Source of the DNA: Thermoplasmata archaeon
GTDB lineage: Archaea > Thermoplasmatota > Thermoplasmata > RBG-16-68-12 > JAFNFQ01
Reading direction: 5' to 3'
DNA length: 64,000 nucleotides
NCBI GenBank assembly: GCA_041489255.1
Contig: JBGPQV010000003.1
Location: 32,001-96,000 of the forward strand
The notes under the pieces were generated by a model, which had not been told where the DNA came from, ran no database searches, and saw only the letters and a list, made by a program, of their open reading frames with translations. The position numbers were made by a program, and so were the translations under genes. Positions 1 through 9,721 of this stretch are shown here, in pieces (position 1 is the first letter of the stretch; each line of letters starts with the position of its first letter).

Positions 1-243
1 ATCAACATAGTCGACCTCGGCCTCGTCTACGATGTGAGCATCGAAGGCGAAAAGGTCGGCATTAAGATGACCCTTACGGCCCCTGGATGTCCCGCCTCGG
101 GCTACATCTCCCAGGATGTCAAGAAGAAGCTGGAGAGCATGCCTGGTGTGAAGAAGGCGGACGTCACGGTCGTCTGGGACCCGCCTTGGTCTCCGGACTT
201 GATGTCCGAGACCGCCAAGAAGCAATTCGGCTGGGGCTTGTAG
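1..243 (+). CDS. DUF59/SufT-like Fe-S cluster assembly factor (5' truncated by window edge)
   Basis: Frame 1 reads INIVDLGLVYDV...MTLTAPGCP...VWDPPWSPDLMS, the characteristic DUF59/MIP18/PaaD motifs; lies upstream of suf genes. Confidence 0.92.
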   Translation: MNIVDLGLVYDVSIEGEKVGIKMTLTAPGCPASGYISQDVKKKLESMPGVKKADVTVVWDPPWSPDLMSETAKKQFGWGL

Positions 244-311
244 ACCCTCGGAAACGTTCAATAAGGATTCACGCAATCTCCCGGCGAACCCCTGAGCGAG
301 ACTGCGGGGAG

Positions 312-857
312 ATGGTCAGGGTCATGAGCGCGCGAGTCAGGAAGACGGATAACCCGATTGCACGAGTGCTGCAGGCGGCGAAGGAAGGCGTCGTGTTCTT
401 CGAAAGAGCGCACACCGCCGCCAATGACCCCCGCGTTCGTGAGGTTTTTGGGAAGCTCCTGAACATCAAGAAGGAGAGCCTGAGGAGCCTCGAGGAGAAT
501 CTCAGGGAGGCGCGCCTCCTTCTGCCGGAAATGGAGGGGCAACCCCCGCGCATCTACCCGCTCGAGGAACTTCAGAAGAAGGAATGCTACGTGTGCGGCT
601 ACAGCACCGATCTCGAGATGATCCCCGAATCGTGTCCCAGGTGCGGTGCATCGCGATACGCTTTCGAGAAGGAGATAACGGTGAGGAAAGCCTGGGAGCT
701 GGCGGAATCCGGGGCTCGCATCACCCTCGAGATACTGAGCGAGGCTGAAAGGGAAGTGGAAGCGAAGGCCAAGCCGGTCTTGGCAAAGCAGATCCAGCTG
801 GAGCAGCGCGTCCTCAACGAGACGCGCAAGGAGCTGGAAAGCCACAGAGAGAGCTAG
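312..857 (+). CDS. Ferritin/rubrerythrin-like helical protein with internal rubredoxin-like domain
   Basis: CYVCGY...PESCPRCGA rubredoxin-like knuckles between two helical halves; start at ATG 312 or 324. Confidence 0.7.
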   Translation: MVRVMSARVRKTDNPIARVLQAAKEGVVFFERAHTAANDPRVREVFGKLLNIKKESLRSLEENLREARLLLPEMEGQPPRIYPLEELQKKECYVCGYSTDLEMIPESCPRCGASRYAFEKEITVRKAWELAESGARITLEILSEAEREVEAKAKPVLAKQIQLEQRVLNETRKELESHRES

Positions 858-877
858 CACGGAGGAAGGAGTACTCG

Positions 878-2032
878 ATGGATATCCCGCCGATAGAAGA
901 CGAACTCCGCGCGTGCACGATGTGCGGCTACTGCGTCCCGACATGCCCGCCATACCGGGAGATACTCTGGGAGGACGCGGCACCGAGGGGCAAAGTCTTC
1001 CACATGCGCCAGTACGACGGGAGGTCGATCCTCGACTGGCTGATGCGCAGGCGGCCCGAGATCGACGAGGAGTTCGCGAAGGCCGTCTATGAGTGCACGT
1101 CCTGCGGCATGTGCGAGGAAGTGTGCATGGTGGACATTCCGTTCACCCGCCTCTGGGACCGGGTCAAGAGATGGATAGTCGACCTCGATGTCGCTCCCAT
1201 GCCCGAGCACCGCCATCTGCTCGCGAACGTCTTGAAGGAACACAACATCCTCGGCGAGCCACACGACAAGCGCGGCGACTGGATTAGCGCGGATGTCAAG
1301 CAGGCGGAGTTCCCGGAGATCGTCTTCTGGGTTGGCTGCATGCAGAGCTACAAGAAGCAGAATGTGGCTGCCGCCGCCATCAGGATACTCAACGCCGCTG
1401 GGGTGAAGTACAGAGTCCTCGGCCCGTCAGAATGGTGCAGCGGCGCTCCCCTCATCAGGGTCGGCTACTCGAAGGTCGTCGAGGAACATCTCATGCCCCA
1501 CAACATCACGGCGGTGGCGGGGACGGGGGCGAAGGCGATGGTCACTACCTGCGCCGAGTGCTACAGGACTTTCGTGCGCGACTACAGAGAGCTCGGCGGC
1601 GTGCCGCCATTCGCCGTCTATCATTTCACGGAATATGTCGAGAAGCTCGTCAAGGAGAAGAGGCTGAAGTTCACCAAGAACGTGCCGAAGAAGGTGGCGT
1701 ACCATGACCCTTGTCACCTTGGACGGCATTGCAGCTGTTACGACCCGCCGAGGAGGGCCATGGGGTTCGTGGCGGGGTTGCAGCAGGTCGAAATCAATCC
1801 GAATAGGAACGAGGCACTGTGTTCGGGTGGGGGCGGCGGGTTCCCGGACGCGTTTCCCAATCAGGCCGACGGGATCACCGCAAAGAGGCTTGAGCAGTTC
1901 GAGAAGACTGGGGCCGAGCTGCTGGTGACCGCCTGCCCGTTCGCCCAAGAGCGGTTCAGCGGCGTCGCGAACAAGCAGGGCAAGAGCCTCGAAGTCAAGG
2001 ACATCGTCGAACTCCTCGCAGACGCTCTCTGA
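878..2032 (+). CDS. HdrD/GlpC-like Fe-S oxidoreductase (2x[4Fe-4S] plus two CCG domains)
   Basis: CTMCGYCVPTCP and CTSCGMCEEVC ferredoxin motifs; CCG-type FWVGC, WCSG, TTCAEC, YHDPCHLGR, CSGGGGG, TACP; GGAGG/AAGGAG upstream. Confidence 0.9.
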   Translation: MDIPPIEDELRACTMCGYCVPTCPPYREILWEDAAPRGKVFHMRQYDGRSILDWLMRRRPEIDEEFAKAVYECTSCGMCEEVCMVDIPFTRLWDRVKRWIVDLDVAPMPEHRHLLANVLKEHNILGEPHDKRGDWISADVKQAEFPEIVFWVGCMQSYKKQNVAAAAIRILNAAGVKYRVLGPSEWCSGAPLIRVGYSKVVEEHLMPHNITAVAGTGAKAMVTTCAECYRTFVRDYRELGGVPPFAVYHFTEYVEKLVKEKRLKFTKNVPKKVAYHDPCHLGRHCSCYDPPRRAMGFVAGLQQVEINPNRNEALCSGGGGGFPDAFPNQADGITAKRLEQFEKTGAELLVTACPFAQERFSGVANKQGKSLEVKDIVELLADAL

Positions 2033-2058
2033 ATGATGGGGACCTCGTTTTCGCCAGA

Positions 2059-2087
2059 GTTCGCAACATATTTATAACGCGGTTATA
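2059..2087 (+). promoter_or_regulatory. Putative sufC promoter with overlapping palindromes
   Basis: TTTATAA TATA-like box at 2071-2077, preceded by GTT-cgc-AAC (2059-2067) and overlapped by TATAAC-gcg-GTTATA (2073-2087). Confidence 0.55.
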
Positions 2088-2151
2088 TAGGATAGGATGC
2101 CTGAGTGGAATCCGGTCCCAGAGCGACCCCTACGGCCAAGGAGATTCAGAG

Positions 2152-2913
2152 ATGAAGCGAACCCTTCAGATAGTGGACTTGCACGCTGGTCGCGATGGCA
2201 AGGAGATACTGAAAGGCATCAACCTCGTGATCAACCAGGGCGAGGTGCACGCGATAATGGGCCCGAACGGCTCCGGCAAGAGCACCCTCTCGAACGTGGT
2301 CATGGGCAACCCCAAGTACCAGATCATGTCGGGCGACGTCAGACTGGACGGCGAGAGCATCGCGAAGCTGGCGCCGAACAAGAGGGCGCACAAGGGCCTC
2401 TTCCTGGGGATGCAGTACCCTGTCGAGGTCTCGGGTGTGAAGCTCGGCTCGTTCATGAAGGCGGCCTACAACCAGGTCCACGGGCCAGACGCCCTCGACG
2501 TCGCGGGGTTCATGGAGATCGTGGAGGAGAACACGAAGCTGCTCAACATGGACAGCACCTTCGCGGGGCGCTATGTGAACGAGGGGTTCAGCGGCGGGGA
2601 GAAGAAGAAGGCTGAGATCCTCCAGATGCTCGTCCTCAAGCCCGCGTTCGCCATACTGGACGAGACAGACAGCGGGCTGGACATCGATGCGCTCAAGACG
2701 GTGGCGCGGGCGATCGACGCGTACCGCGGACCGGACGTCGGCATACTCCTGATCACGCACTACCAGCGGCTGCTGAGGTACATCAAGCCGGATTTCGTGC
2801 ACGTGCTCATGGGCGGGAAGATAGTGCTCACTGGCGGTGGCGACCTCGCGGAGAAGCTCGAGGAGCTCGGCTACGGCTGGCTCAAAGACGAGAAGTATGC
2901 GGGGGCGACATAG
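2152..2913 (+). CDS. sufC: Fe-S cluster assembly ATPase SufC
   Basis: Walker [48 protein letters not shown]. Confidence 0.97.
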   Translation: MKRTLQIVDLHAGRDGKEILKGINLVINQGEVHAIMGPNGSGKSTLSNVVMGNPKYQIMSGDVRLDGESIAKLAPNKRAHKGLFLGMQYPVEVSGVKLGSFMKAAYNQVHGPDALDVAGFMEIVEENTKLLNMDSTFAGRYVNEGFSGGEKKKAEILQMLVLKPAFAILDETDSGLDIDALKTVARAIDAYRGPDVGILLITHYQRLLRYIKPDFVHVLMGGKIVLTGGGDLAEKLEELGYGWLKDEKYAGAT

Positions 2914-4315
2914 GACGACCGCGAAGGAGATCGTGGACGAGGACTACAGCGCCTACGACTTCAAGGACGACATCGAGTACCTGTACAAGACGAAGAAGGG
3001 GCTGCGCGAGAGCATTGTGGATGAAATAAGCAAGCTCAAGGGCGAGCCGGAGTGGATGAGAAGATTCAGGCACAGGTCGTTCGAGCACTTCGTGAAGAGG
3101 CCTCTTCCGACATGGGGCGGGGACCTGAGCGCCCTGGACTTCGAGAACATCACTTACTACGCGAAGCCGGTCGAGAGGGTCGGCAAGAGCTGGGAGGATG
3201 TCCCCGAGGCGATCAAGAAGACGTTCGACCGGCTTGGCATCCCCGAGGCCGAGAGGAAGTTCCTGGCGGGGGTCGGGGCGCAGTACGAGTCCGAGGTGGT
3301 CTACCACAGCCTCAGGAAGGAGCTGGAGGAGAAGGGCGTCATCTTCATGGGCACGGACTCCGCCCTCAAGGAATACCCCGAGATCTTCAGGAAGCACTTC
3401 GGCACTATCGTCCCGCCTGAGGACAACAAGTTCGCGGCCCTGAACAGCGCGGTCTGGTCAGGCGGCTCGTTCGTCTATATCCCCGAGGGCGTTGTCGTGG
3501 ATCAACCTCTCCAGGCGTATTTCAGGATAAACGCGGAGAATATCGGGCAGTTCGAGCGCACTCTGATCATCGCCGAGCCGCACAGCAGGGTCCACTACAT
3601 TGAGGGGTGCACCGCGCCTGTGTATGCATCCGCGTCCCTCCATGCCGCCGTCGTCGAGGTCATCGCGAAGGAGGGCGCGCACATCAGGTACACCACCCTG
3701 CAGAACTGGTCGAAGGATGTGTACAACCTGGTGACGAAGAGGGCGCACGCGCACAAGGACGCGACCGTGGAGTGGGTCGATGCGAACACGGGAAGCAAGT
3801 TGACGATGAAGTATCCGAGCGTGTACCTCATGGGCCCGGGCGCGAGGACGGACGTGCTGTCAGTCACCTTTGCGGGCAGAGGGCAGCATCAGGACGCGGG
3901 CGCGAAGGCGATCCACCTGGCCCCTCACACGCAGAGCAGGATAGTCTCCAAGTCGGTCAGCAAGGACGGGGGGCGCACGACGTACAGGGGGCATCTCAGG
4001 GTGGCGCGCGGCGCGAGGAACGTCGTGGCCAGCGTCAGGTGCGACGCTCTCATGCTGGATGCACAAAGCAGGTCGGACACTTATCCATACATCGAGATCG
4101 ATGAGGATGATGCTACGGTCACTCACGAGGCCACGGTGGGGAGGATAGGGGACGAGCAGATGTTCTACCTGATGAGCAGGGGCCTGACCGAGAACGAGGC
4201 GGTCAACATGATTGTCCTCGGTTTCCTGGAGATGTTCACGAAGGAGCTGCCGATGGAGTACGCCGTGGAGTTCAACCGGCTCATAAGGCTGGAGATGGAG
4301 GGCTCGGTGGGATAG
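2897..4315 (+). CDS. sufB: Fe-S cluster assembly scaffold SufB
   Basis: [63 protein letters not shown]-terminal MEGSVG; ATG 2897 overlaps the sufC end. Confidence 0.97.
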   Translation: MRGRHRTTAKEIVDEDYSAYDFKDDIEYLYKTKKGLRESIVDEISKLKGEPEWMRRFRHRSFEHFVKRPLPTWGGDLSALDFENITYYAKPVERVGKSWEDVPEAIKKTFDRLGIPEAERKFLAGVGAQYESEVVYHSLRKELEEKGVIFMGTDSALKEYPEIFRKHFGTIVPPEDNKFAALNSAVWSGGSFVYIPEGVVVDQPLQAYFRINAENIGQFERTLIIAEPHSRVHYIEGCTAPVYASASLHAAVVEVIAKEGAHIRYTTLQNWSKDVYNLVTKRAHAHKDATVEWVDANTGSKLTMKYPSVYLMGPGARTDVLSVTFAGRGQHQDAGAKAIHLAPHTQSRIVSKSVSKDGGRTTYRGHLRVARGARNVVASVRCDALMLDAQSRSDTYPYIEIDEDDATVTHEATVGRIGDEQMFYLMSRGLTENEAVNMIVLGFLEMFTKELPMEYAVEFNRLIRLEMEGSVG

Positions 4316-4348
4316 ACCGGTTCTGTCCCCGGAAGGGAGTAAGACGAG

Positions 4349-5656
4349 ATGGCTGATTTCGACCTGGGGTTCGCAAACGAAGAGACGGTGAGGGAACTCT
4401 CCTCGAGCCGGAAAGAACCCGCATGGTTCCTCGCAGACCGCCTCGTGGCGCTCGCCAACTTCAAGGCGCTGCGCGTCGAGGAGCACCAGCTCTTCACGAA
4501 ATACACGGACATCAGCAGGGCGAGAGTCGGCGGGACGGATCCATACATCCAGCCCACGGGTCCTGCCAAGAACTCGGAAATGGATTTGGCGGGAGTCTCT
4601 GGGGTCTATATTCAGGAAGAGGACTCGCTGGAGACGCTGTGGTTGGATCCGGAGTTGGAGAAGAAAGGGGTAGTGTTCGAGACCCTTCAGAACGCTGTCT
4701 CCCGCCATCAGCAGCAACTGAGGACGCTCACGTTCGACCACGCCAGCCTGCCTCAGAGGGACAAGTTCGCGCAGATGACGAAGGCGCTATGCATGGCCGG
4801 CATCGTGCTGCACATTCCAGACAACGTCAGCGTCAGCAAGCCGATCCTGATCCGATGGTCGGTTGGGCGGGAGAATGCGGCTCTCCTGACAAGGACCGTG
4901 GTGTCTCTCGGGAACAATTCGAGCGCGGTGGTTGTCGAGGAGATTGAACCCGGCAAAGCCGCCGGCGGAGAGCGCATGGCGCTGTTTGGCGGGACCGCGG
5001 AGGTCATGCTCGGCGAGGGCTCGGTCCTGAGATACAATGGAGTGGAGAACGTCGGCGGCGGTGTTGCGACGTTCCTCAATCGCCAGGCGTCTGTCGGAGC
5101 GGGCTCGGAAATCCAATGGGCATTCGGCTATGTTGGCGGAGAGATGACCAGGTCGCATATCGACAACTTCCTCAGCGGCAGGGGAGCGACGGTGAGAGAG
5201 GTCCAAGTCCTGTATGGTGGCAAATCGCAATTCTTCGACATCTTCTCCCACACATGCCACGTCGCCGAGGACACGGTGAGCGACCTCCTATCCAAGGGCG
5301 TGCTTCAGGATCAGTCAAAGGCCTATGTCAAGGGGCTGATCACCATCGAGAAGGGCGGGAAGGGCTCCGATTCCTACCTTGGCGAATTCGGGATGGTCCT
5401 GAGTCGGGATTCGAGGTTCGTGTCGATTCCCAGCCTGGAGATAGAGAACCACGCGGTGAGGCGGGCCAAGCACGCTTCGTCTGTCGCACAGATAGACGAG
5501 AACCAGATCTTTTATCTTACCTCGAGGGGGATCGAGGAGAGCGAGGCGAGGAAGCTCATCGTCATGGGCTTCTTGGACCCCGTCGTGGCCAGAATCCCGC
5601 TCGAATCGGTCGCGGACCGCCTGCGCGGCCTGTTCGAATCGAAATGGAGGGCGTAG
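4349..5656 (+). CDS. sufD: SufD-family protein
   Basis: SufB/D beta-helix paralogue with PSLEIEN..V.RAKHASSV.QIDENQIFYLTSRGI...IVMGF; directly follows sufB. Confidence 0.88.
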   Translation: MADFDLGFANEETVRELSSSRKEPAWFLADRLVALANFKALRVEEHQLFTKYTDISRARVGGTDPYIQPTGPAKNSEMDLAGVSGVYIQEEDSLETLWLDPELEKKGVVFETLQNAVSRHQQQLRTLTFDHASLPQRDKFAQMTKALCMAGIVLHIPDNVSVSKPILIRWSVGRENAALLTRTVVSLGNNSSAVVVEEIEPGKAAGGERMALFGGTAEVMLGEGSVLRYNGVENVGGGVATFLNRQASVGAGSEIQWAFGYVGGEMTRSHIDNFLSGRGATVREVQVLYGGKSQFFDIFSHTCHVAEDTVSDLLSKGVLQDQSKAYVKGLITIEKGGKGSDSYLGEFGMVLSRDSRFVSIPSLEIENHAVRRAKHASSVAQIDENQIFYLTSRGIEESEARKLIVMGFLDPVVARIPLESVADRLRGLFESKWRA

Positions 5657-5735
5657 GCCATGGTCAGAATCATGAACGCATCCTGCAAACTCGAAGCCTT
5701 TATCAATCAAGCGACTCTGAGAGAGGAGTGAGACG

Positions 5736-6980
5736 ATGGAGCGGACGAAACCGAGCCTCGACGTCGCGAAGATCAAGAAGGATTTCCCCATCATGGAGAG
5801 GAAGATCCACGGCAAGCCGCTGTGCTACCTCGACAGCGCTGCGACATCGCAGAAGCCGAGGCAGGTGATCGACGCGGTCAGCGAGTTCTATAGCAACTAC
5901 AACGCGAACGTCCACAGGGCGATATACGAGCTGGGCGAGGACGCGACGAGAGGGTACGAAGGTGCGAGGGAGAAGATCGCGCACTTCATCAATGCGAGGT
6001 CTTCGAGCGAGATTGTCTTCACGAGAGGCACGACGGAATCGATCAACATCGTCGCATATGGCTGGGGGATGAAGGGGAAACTCGGGAAGGGCGACGAGAT
6101 AGTCTCGACGGTGATGGAGCACCACTCGAACCACATCCCGTGGTTCTTCGTGCAGGACTACAAAGGCGTGAAGCTGTCCTGGATCGACATAGACGATGAG
6201 GGCTACCTGAAGATGGAGGACCTCGACCGCCTCGTCACGGAGAGGACGAAGATGGTGGCGGTCACGCAATGCTCGAACGTCCTCGGCACGATCAACCCCA
6301 TCAAGGAGATCGCGAAGAAGGCGCACGAGGTCAACGCGCTCTGCCTTGTCGACGCCGCGCAATCGGTTCCTCACTTCCCCGTAGATATGCAGAACCTAGA
6401 CTGCGACCTGCTTGCGTTCAGCGGGCACAAGATGCTGGGGCCCACGGGTATTGGAGTGCTCTACGGGAAGGAGAAGGTCCTGGAGGAGATGGAGCCGATG
6501 CTTGGCGGGGGCGAGATGATACGCGAGGTCCACCTCGGGCGGGCGACATGGAACGATGTGCCCTGGAAGTTCGAGGGTGGGACCCCGGATCCCGCGGGCG
6601 CCGTGGGACTTGGCGCTGCCATAGACTACCTCAGCTCGCTCGGCATGCAGAACGTGAGACAGCACGAGATCGAGCTCAATGCCTATGGCCTCGAGATGCT
6701 CGGTAAGATCAAGGGAATCAGCATCCTGGGCCCGATGGACCCGAAGAAGCGAGGCGGGCTGATTGCCTTCACCATCCCCGAAGCTCATCCGCACGACATC
6801 GCCGCCATACTCGACGCGGAGGGCATCGCAATCAGGTCCGGCCACAACTGCGCGCAACCACTGATGGAAAGGTGCGGCATCCCCGCCACCGCCAGGGCGT
6901 CGTTCTATGTCTACAACTCGCCCGAGGACATCGACCGCCTCGTCAAGGGGCTGAAGAAGGTGCAGGAGGTCTTCGCGTAG
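5736..6980 (+). CDS. sufS: Cysteine desulfurase SufS (group II)
   Basis: YLDSAATSQKP, NANVHRA, MEHHSN, PLP lysine in SGHKMLGP, catalytic RSGHNCAQP (variant of RxGHHCA), RASFYVYN. Confidence 0.96.
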   Translation: MERTKPSLDVAKIKKDFPIMERKIHGKPLCYLDSAATSQKPRQVIDAVSEFYSNYNANVHRAIYELGEDATRGYEGAREKIAHFINARSSSEIVFTRGTTESINIVAYGWGMKGKLGKGDEIVSTVMEHHSNHIPWFFVQDYKGVKLSWIDIDDEGYLKMEDLDRLVTERTKMVAVTQCSNVLGTINPIKEIAKKAHEVNALCLVDAAQSVPHFPVDMQNLDCDLLAFSGHKMLGPTGIGVLYGKEKVLEEMEPMLGGGEMIREVHLGRATWNDVPWKFEGGTPDPAGAVGLGAAIDYLSSLGMQNVRQHEIELNAYGLEMLGKIKGISILGPMDPKKRGGLIAFTIPEAHPHDIAAILDAEGIAIRSGHNCAQPLMERCGIPATARASFYVYNSPEDIDRLVKGLKKVQEVFA

Positions 6981-7382
6981 ATGGCCTACGAGATGTACCA
7001 GGAGCAGATACTTGACCACTACAAGCACCCCCGCAACCGCGGCGAGATGCCGGACGCCGACCTCCAGGCCCGCGATTACAACCCGCTCTGCGGCGACGAC
7101 CTGACTATCTACCTCAAGACCGACGAGAAGGGGACGATCACCGATGTGAAGTTCACGGGACAGGGGTGCGCCATAAGCCAGTCATCGGCCTCGATGCTCA
7201 CTATGATGCTCAAGGGCAAGAACATCTCGGAGGCGAAAGGCATAGACCCTGACAGGATCGTGAAGATGCTCGGCATCCCGCTGAGCGCTGTCAGGCTGAA
7301 ATGCGCCCTCCTCTCCCTCCAGGTGTTGAAGAAAGCGCTGTTCAGCAAAGAACTGTCTCAGGCGGAAGCGATGAAAGAATAG
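6981..7382 (+). CDS. sufU: SufU (NifU-like) sulfur-transfer protein
   Basis: MYQEQILDHYKHPRN, NPLCGD, GCAISQSSAS, RLKCALL; abuts the sufS stop. Confidence 0.93.
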   Translation: MAYEMYQEQILDHYKHPRNRGEMPDADLQARDYNPLCGDDLTIYLKTDEKGTITDVKFTGQGCAISQSSASMLTMMLKGKNISEAKGIDPDRIVKMLGIPLSAVRLKCALLSLQVLKKALFSKELSQAEAMKE

Positions 7383-7394
7383 ACCGGGAGGAGA

Positions 7395-8231
7395 TCACGC
7401 GGTTGCGGCGATCTCGGCCAGCCACGCCGCACGCCTTTTCTTGTTTGCCTCGACTTCTTCCGCCGGCTTGAAGTCCTTCTCGACATCGGCCAGCAGTTCG
7501 ACGACCTTCATCAGGCTCTCCTTGCTCGGCGCGCGCACGTCGACGTTGGCGATCTCGAACTGCCTCTTGACCACCGGCATCCCCGCATCGACGCTGCCCA
7601 TCTGCGCGCAGAAGTCCGTCATTATCCTATCCGCAACGGCAATCAGGATGTCGACGGGTTCCTGAGGCACGGTCGGCAGAGCGACCTTCGGGGCGGTCTT
7701 CCCGACTCCCGCCACGATGTCCTGACCGAGCTTCACGAATGCCTCTTCGACGTGCTCTCCCGTCCTCGCGCTGCTCAGGAAGCCCTGGGCCTCGTAGCGC
7801 TGGGTGAGGTATCCCAGAAGCTCGTGCGCCGACACCTTGTCTGCGACCAAGTCGATCTTGTTGCCCGCGAACACGACAGGTATCTTCCCCACCAGCCTCC
7901 ACAGCATCGGCACCCAGTATTCCTCGAGCGACCGTCTCGTCTCGTCCCTCGTGAGGTCATAGACCATGAGAGCGCCCCTGGCCCCCTTGAGGGCCGTCTC
8001 CTGCACGCCTGCGTAGCCTCTCTGGCCGAGCACATCCCAGATCTGCATCACGATCTCCACCGGGACTCCATCATGCTTGACCGTTAGGTCCTTCTTGCTC
8101 ACCTTCGTCCCGACCGTCGTGATGTAGTCGTCGGAGAACTGGTCGACGACGAAACGGCGTATAAGCGATGTCTTCCCAACCGCCCCGTCGCCGAGAAGGA
8201 GGACCTTGGCCTTCAGCAGCTCAGGCGTCAT
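7395..8231 (-). CDS. Rab/Ras-like small GTPase with C-terminal helical extension
   Basis: G1 GDGAVGKT, G2 YITTVG, G3 WDVLG, G4 NKID, G5 SAR; about 100 extra C-terminal residues; alternative start GTG 8237. Confidence 0.9.
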   Translation of the reverse strand: MTPELLKAKVLLLGDGAVGKTSLIRRFVVDQFSDDYITTVGTKVSKKDLTVKHDGVPVEIVMQIWDVLGQRGYAGVQETALKGARGALMVYDLTRDETRRSLEEYWVPMLWRLVGKIPVVFAGNKIDLVADKVSAHELLGYLTQRYEAQGFLSSARTGEHVEEAFVKLGQDIVAGVGKTAPKVALPTVPQEPVDILIAVADRIMTDFCAQMGSVDAGMPVVKRQFEIANVDVRAPSKESLMKVVELLADVEKDFKPAEEVEANKKRRAAWLAEIAATA

Positions 8232-8351
8232 TATCACTTCTCATTTTAGTATCGGGAGGATGCCTATAACCGTTGCCCTGTGAATATCAGTTGGGAGATA
8301 TGTGTCCTCCGTGCGAATGCTGCCCCGTCACAAAGCAATATCAGAGGATTG

Positions 8352-8591
8352 TCACAGCTCCTCGGCTGGGGCTTCCAGAAGCGTTATCGTCTTCTCCACG
8401 CCTCGAATTCTGCGTATCTTGTGCGTCACTATCCTAGCGAGTTCTTGAATGCTGGGAGCTTCGAGCTCGATGATGTAGTCGTAGTCTCCGAACAGGACAA
8501 AGGCCTCCTTGAATTCACCGATGTTGCTGAGCTGCGCCGTTACCTTCTTCTCCGCGCCAACCTCGACTTTCAGCAGGACGTACGCTAGCAT
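8352..8591 (-). CDS. Stand-alone Lrp/AsnC ligand-binding (RAM) domain protein
   Basis: 79 aa, AYVLLKVE.G...LFGDYDYI...IRRIRGVEKTIT pattern. Confidence 0.88.
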   Translation of the reverse strand: MLAYVLLKVEVGAEKKVTAQLSNIGEFKEAFVLFGDYDYIIELEAPSIQELARIVTHKIRRIRGVEKTITLLEAPAEEL

Positions 8592-8700
8592 TCCGTAGAT
8601 TGCACGCCTCGAAAAGAGATAAAGGCGTCGCTTTAAAGAGCCGTTTGACGGGAATGCCTAGGGACTAGGAATCGAAGGCTGAGGCATTCTTATTGGTTGC

Positions 8701-9014
8701 CGCTGGGCCCAGCGGGGTTCACGCTGAAGACGGCGTGACTTGCGTCGAATACAGCGGGCTTCGCGCTGAACACAGCGCATTCTCCGCTGGAGACAGCGCA
8801 GTCCCCGCTGAACACGGCGACCTTCGCGCTGATAACGGCGGACCTCGCGCTGAGAACAGCGCATGTTCCGCTGGATGCAGCGCAATCCCCGCTGAATACG
8901 GAGACTTCGCGCTGAACACAGCGCATTCTCCGCTGGATACAGCGCATGTGGAGCTGAACACAGCGGACATACCGCAGCACAAGGCGGGACTCCCGCTGCA
9001 TGTGGCGGAAAGCC
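8701..9014. repeat. Degenerate 21-bp tandem array, 15 units, consensus CGCTG-N4-C(A/G)GCG-N7
   Basis: Units such as cgctgaacacagcgcattctc (identical at 8764 and 8910), cgctggagacagcgcagtccc, cgctgaacacggcgaccttcg; one 20-bp unit at 8890. Confidence 0.92.
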
Positions 9015-9111
9015 AGCGATATTTCGCTCGACCTACTGATCTTATCTCAGAATCCCAAGAAACCCTGCGGCTTCTCCAAGACGTGAGAATCCTTCTGGCA
9101 ACCATGTGAGA

Positions 9112-9132
9112 AGCGCGGGGAGGGGGATTTGA
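9112..9132 (-). repeat. Duplicated 3' end of tRNA-Ser (att-like direct repeat)
   Basis: agcgcggggagggggatttga is identical to 11481-11501. Confidence 0.85.
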
Positions 9133-9480
9133 CCTCCCCATACTCTCGGTACAGATTCCGAGATTATCGCTCACGGCATGCGCACTTCCGCAAGCCTAGC
9201 CTGCCTTCTGGCCTCCTTGACCAGACGGAAGGCGTCTATCTCGCGCAATCTGCCTCCTGGATGCATGTTTGGCTTGCTGCGGCCCTTCGATGCCGGGAAT
9301 CGCACGGGGCAAGCCACAAACAAGCGTCTCCCCGGTGCGCCCCCGACTGCTGGTTTCAATCCCTCAAGAATCCCGAGAGCCCTCAATCATCCAGACGATA
9401 ATCAATAGGCCCCCTCTCGGCCTTGCCTTCCTTCAATACTTTGATGACCATCTCGTAGGCCTTGATGGATTGCCAATCCG

Positions 9481-9609
9481 CTTTCTCGTTGTAGGTTCGT
9501 TCATCCATATTCTACCGGCTTTCTGCCTCTCGTCTGTCCTTGAGACGGAACCGCCTTTCTCCATTTCCCAGATGACCCACTTAATCCTTCTCTCGCTCAG
9601 TTATGCCAT
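9481..9609 (-). pseudogene. Possible transposase N-terminal HTH remnant (IS481-like)
   Basis: Reads MA*LSERRIKWVIWEMEKGGSVSRTDERQKAGRIWMNE with a stop at codon 3; resembles remembered archaeal IS481 N-termini. Confidence 0.3.
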
Positions 9610-9721
9610 TCCCAAACTTGGTCGGGAGACGCGGGAAGTGTATGCAAGCTAACGCAATCCGTCGATATTGCCGTATGTTTCATTTAGATGAATCGCGTAT
9701 GTGTGATTCCGAGGGCGTTTT

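Noticed and set aside
258-7028. Many long antisense and alternate-frame ORFs over the suf genes and other GC-rich CDSs
   Set aside because: Shadow ORFs expected from high GC3; each overlaps a well-supported gene.
8701-9014. CRISPR array interpretation of either 21-bp array
   Set aside because: Units are contiguous and degenerate, with no 30-40-nt unique spacers, and no cas genes are in the window.
9112-9140. Second tRNA gene
   Set aside because: Only the 3' end and part of the T-arm are present; no D- or anticodon arm.
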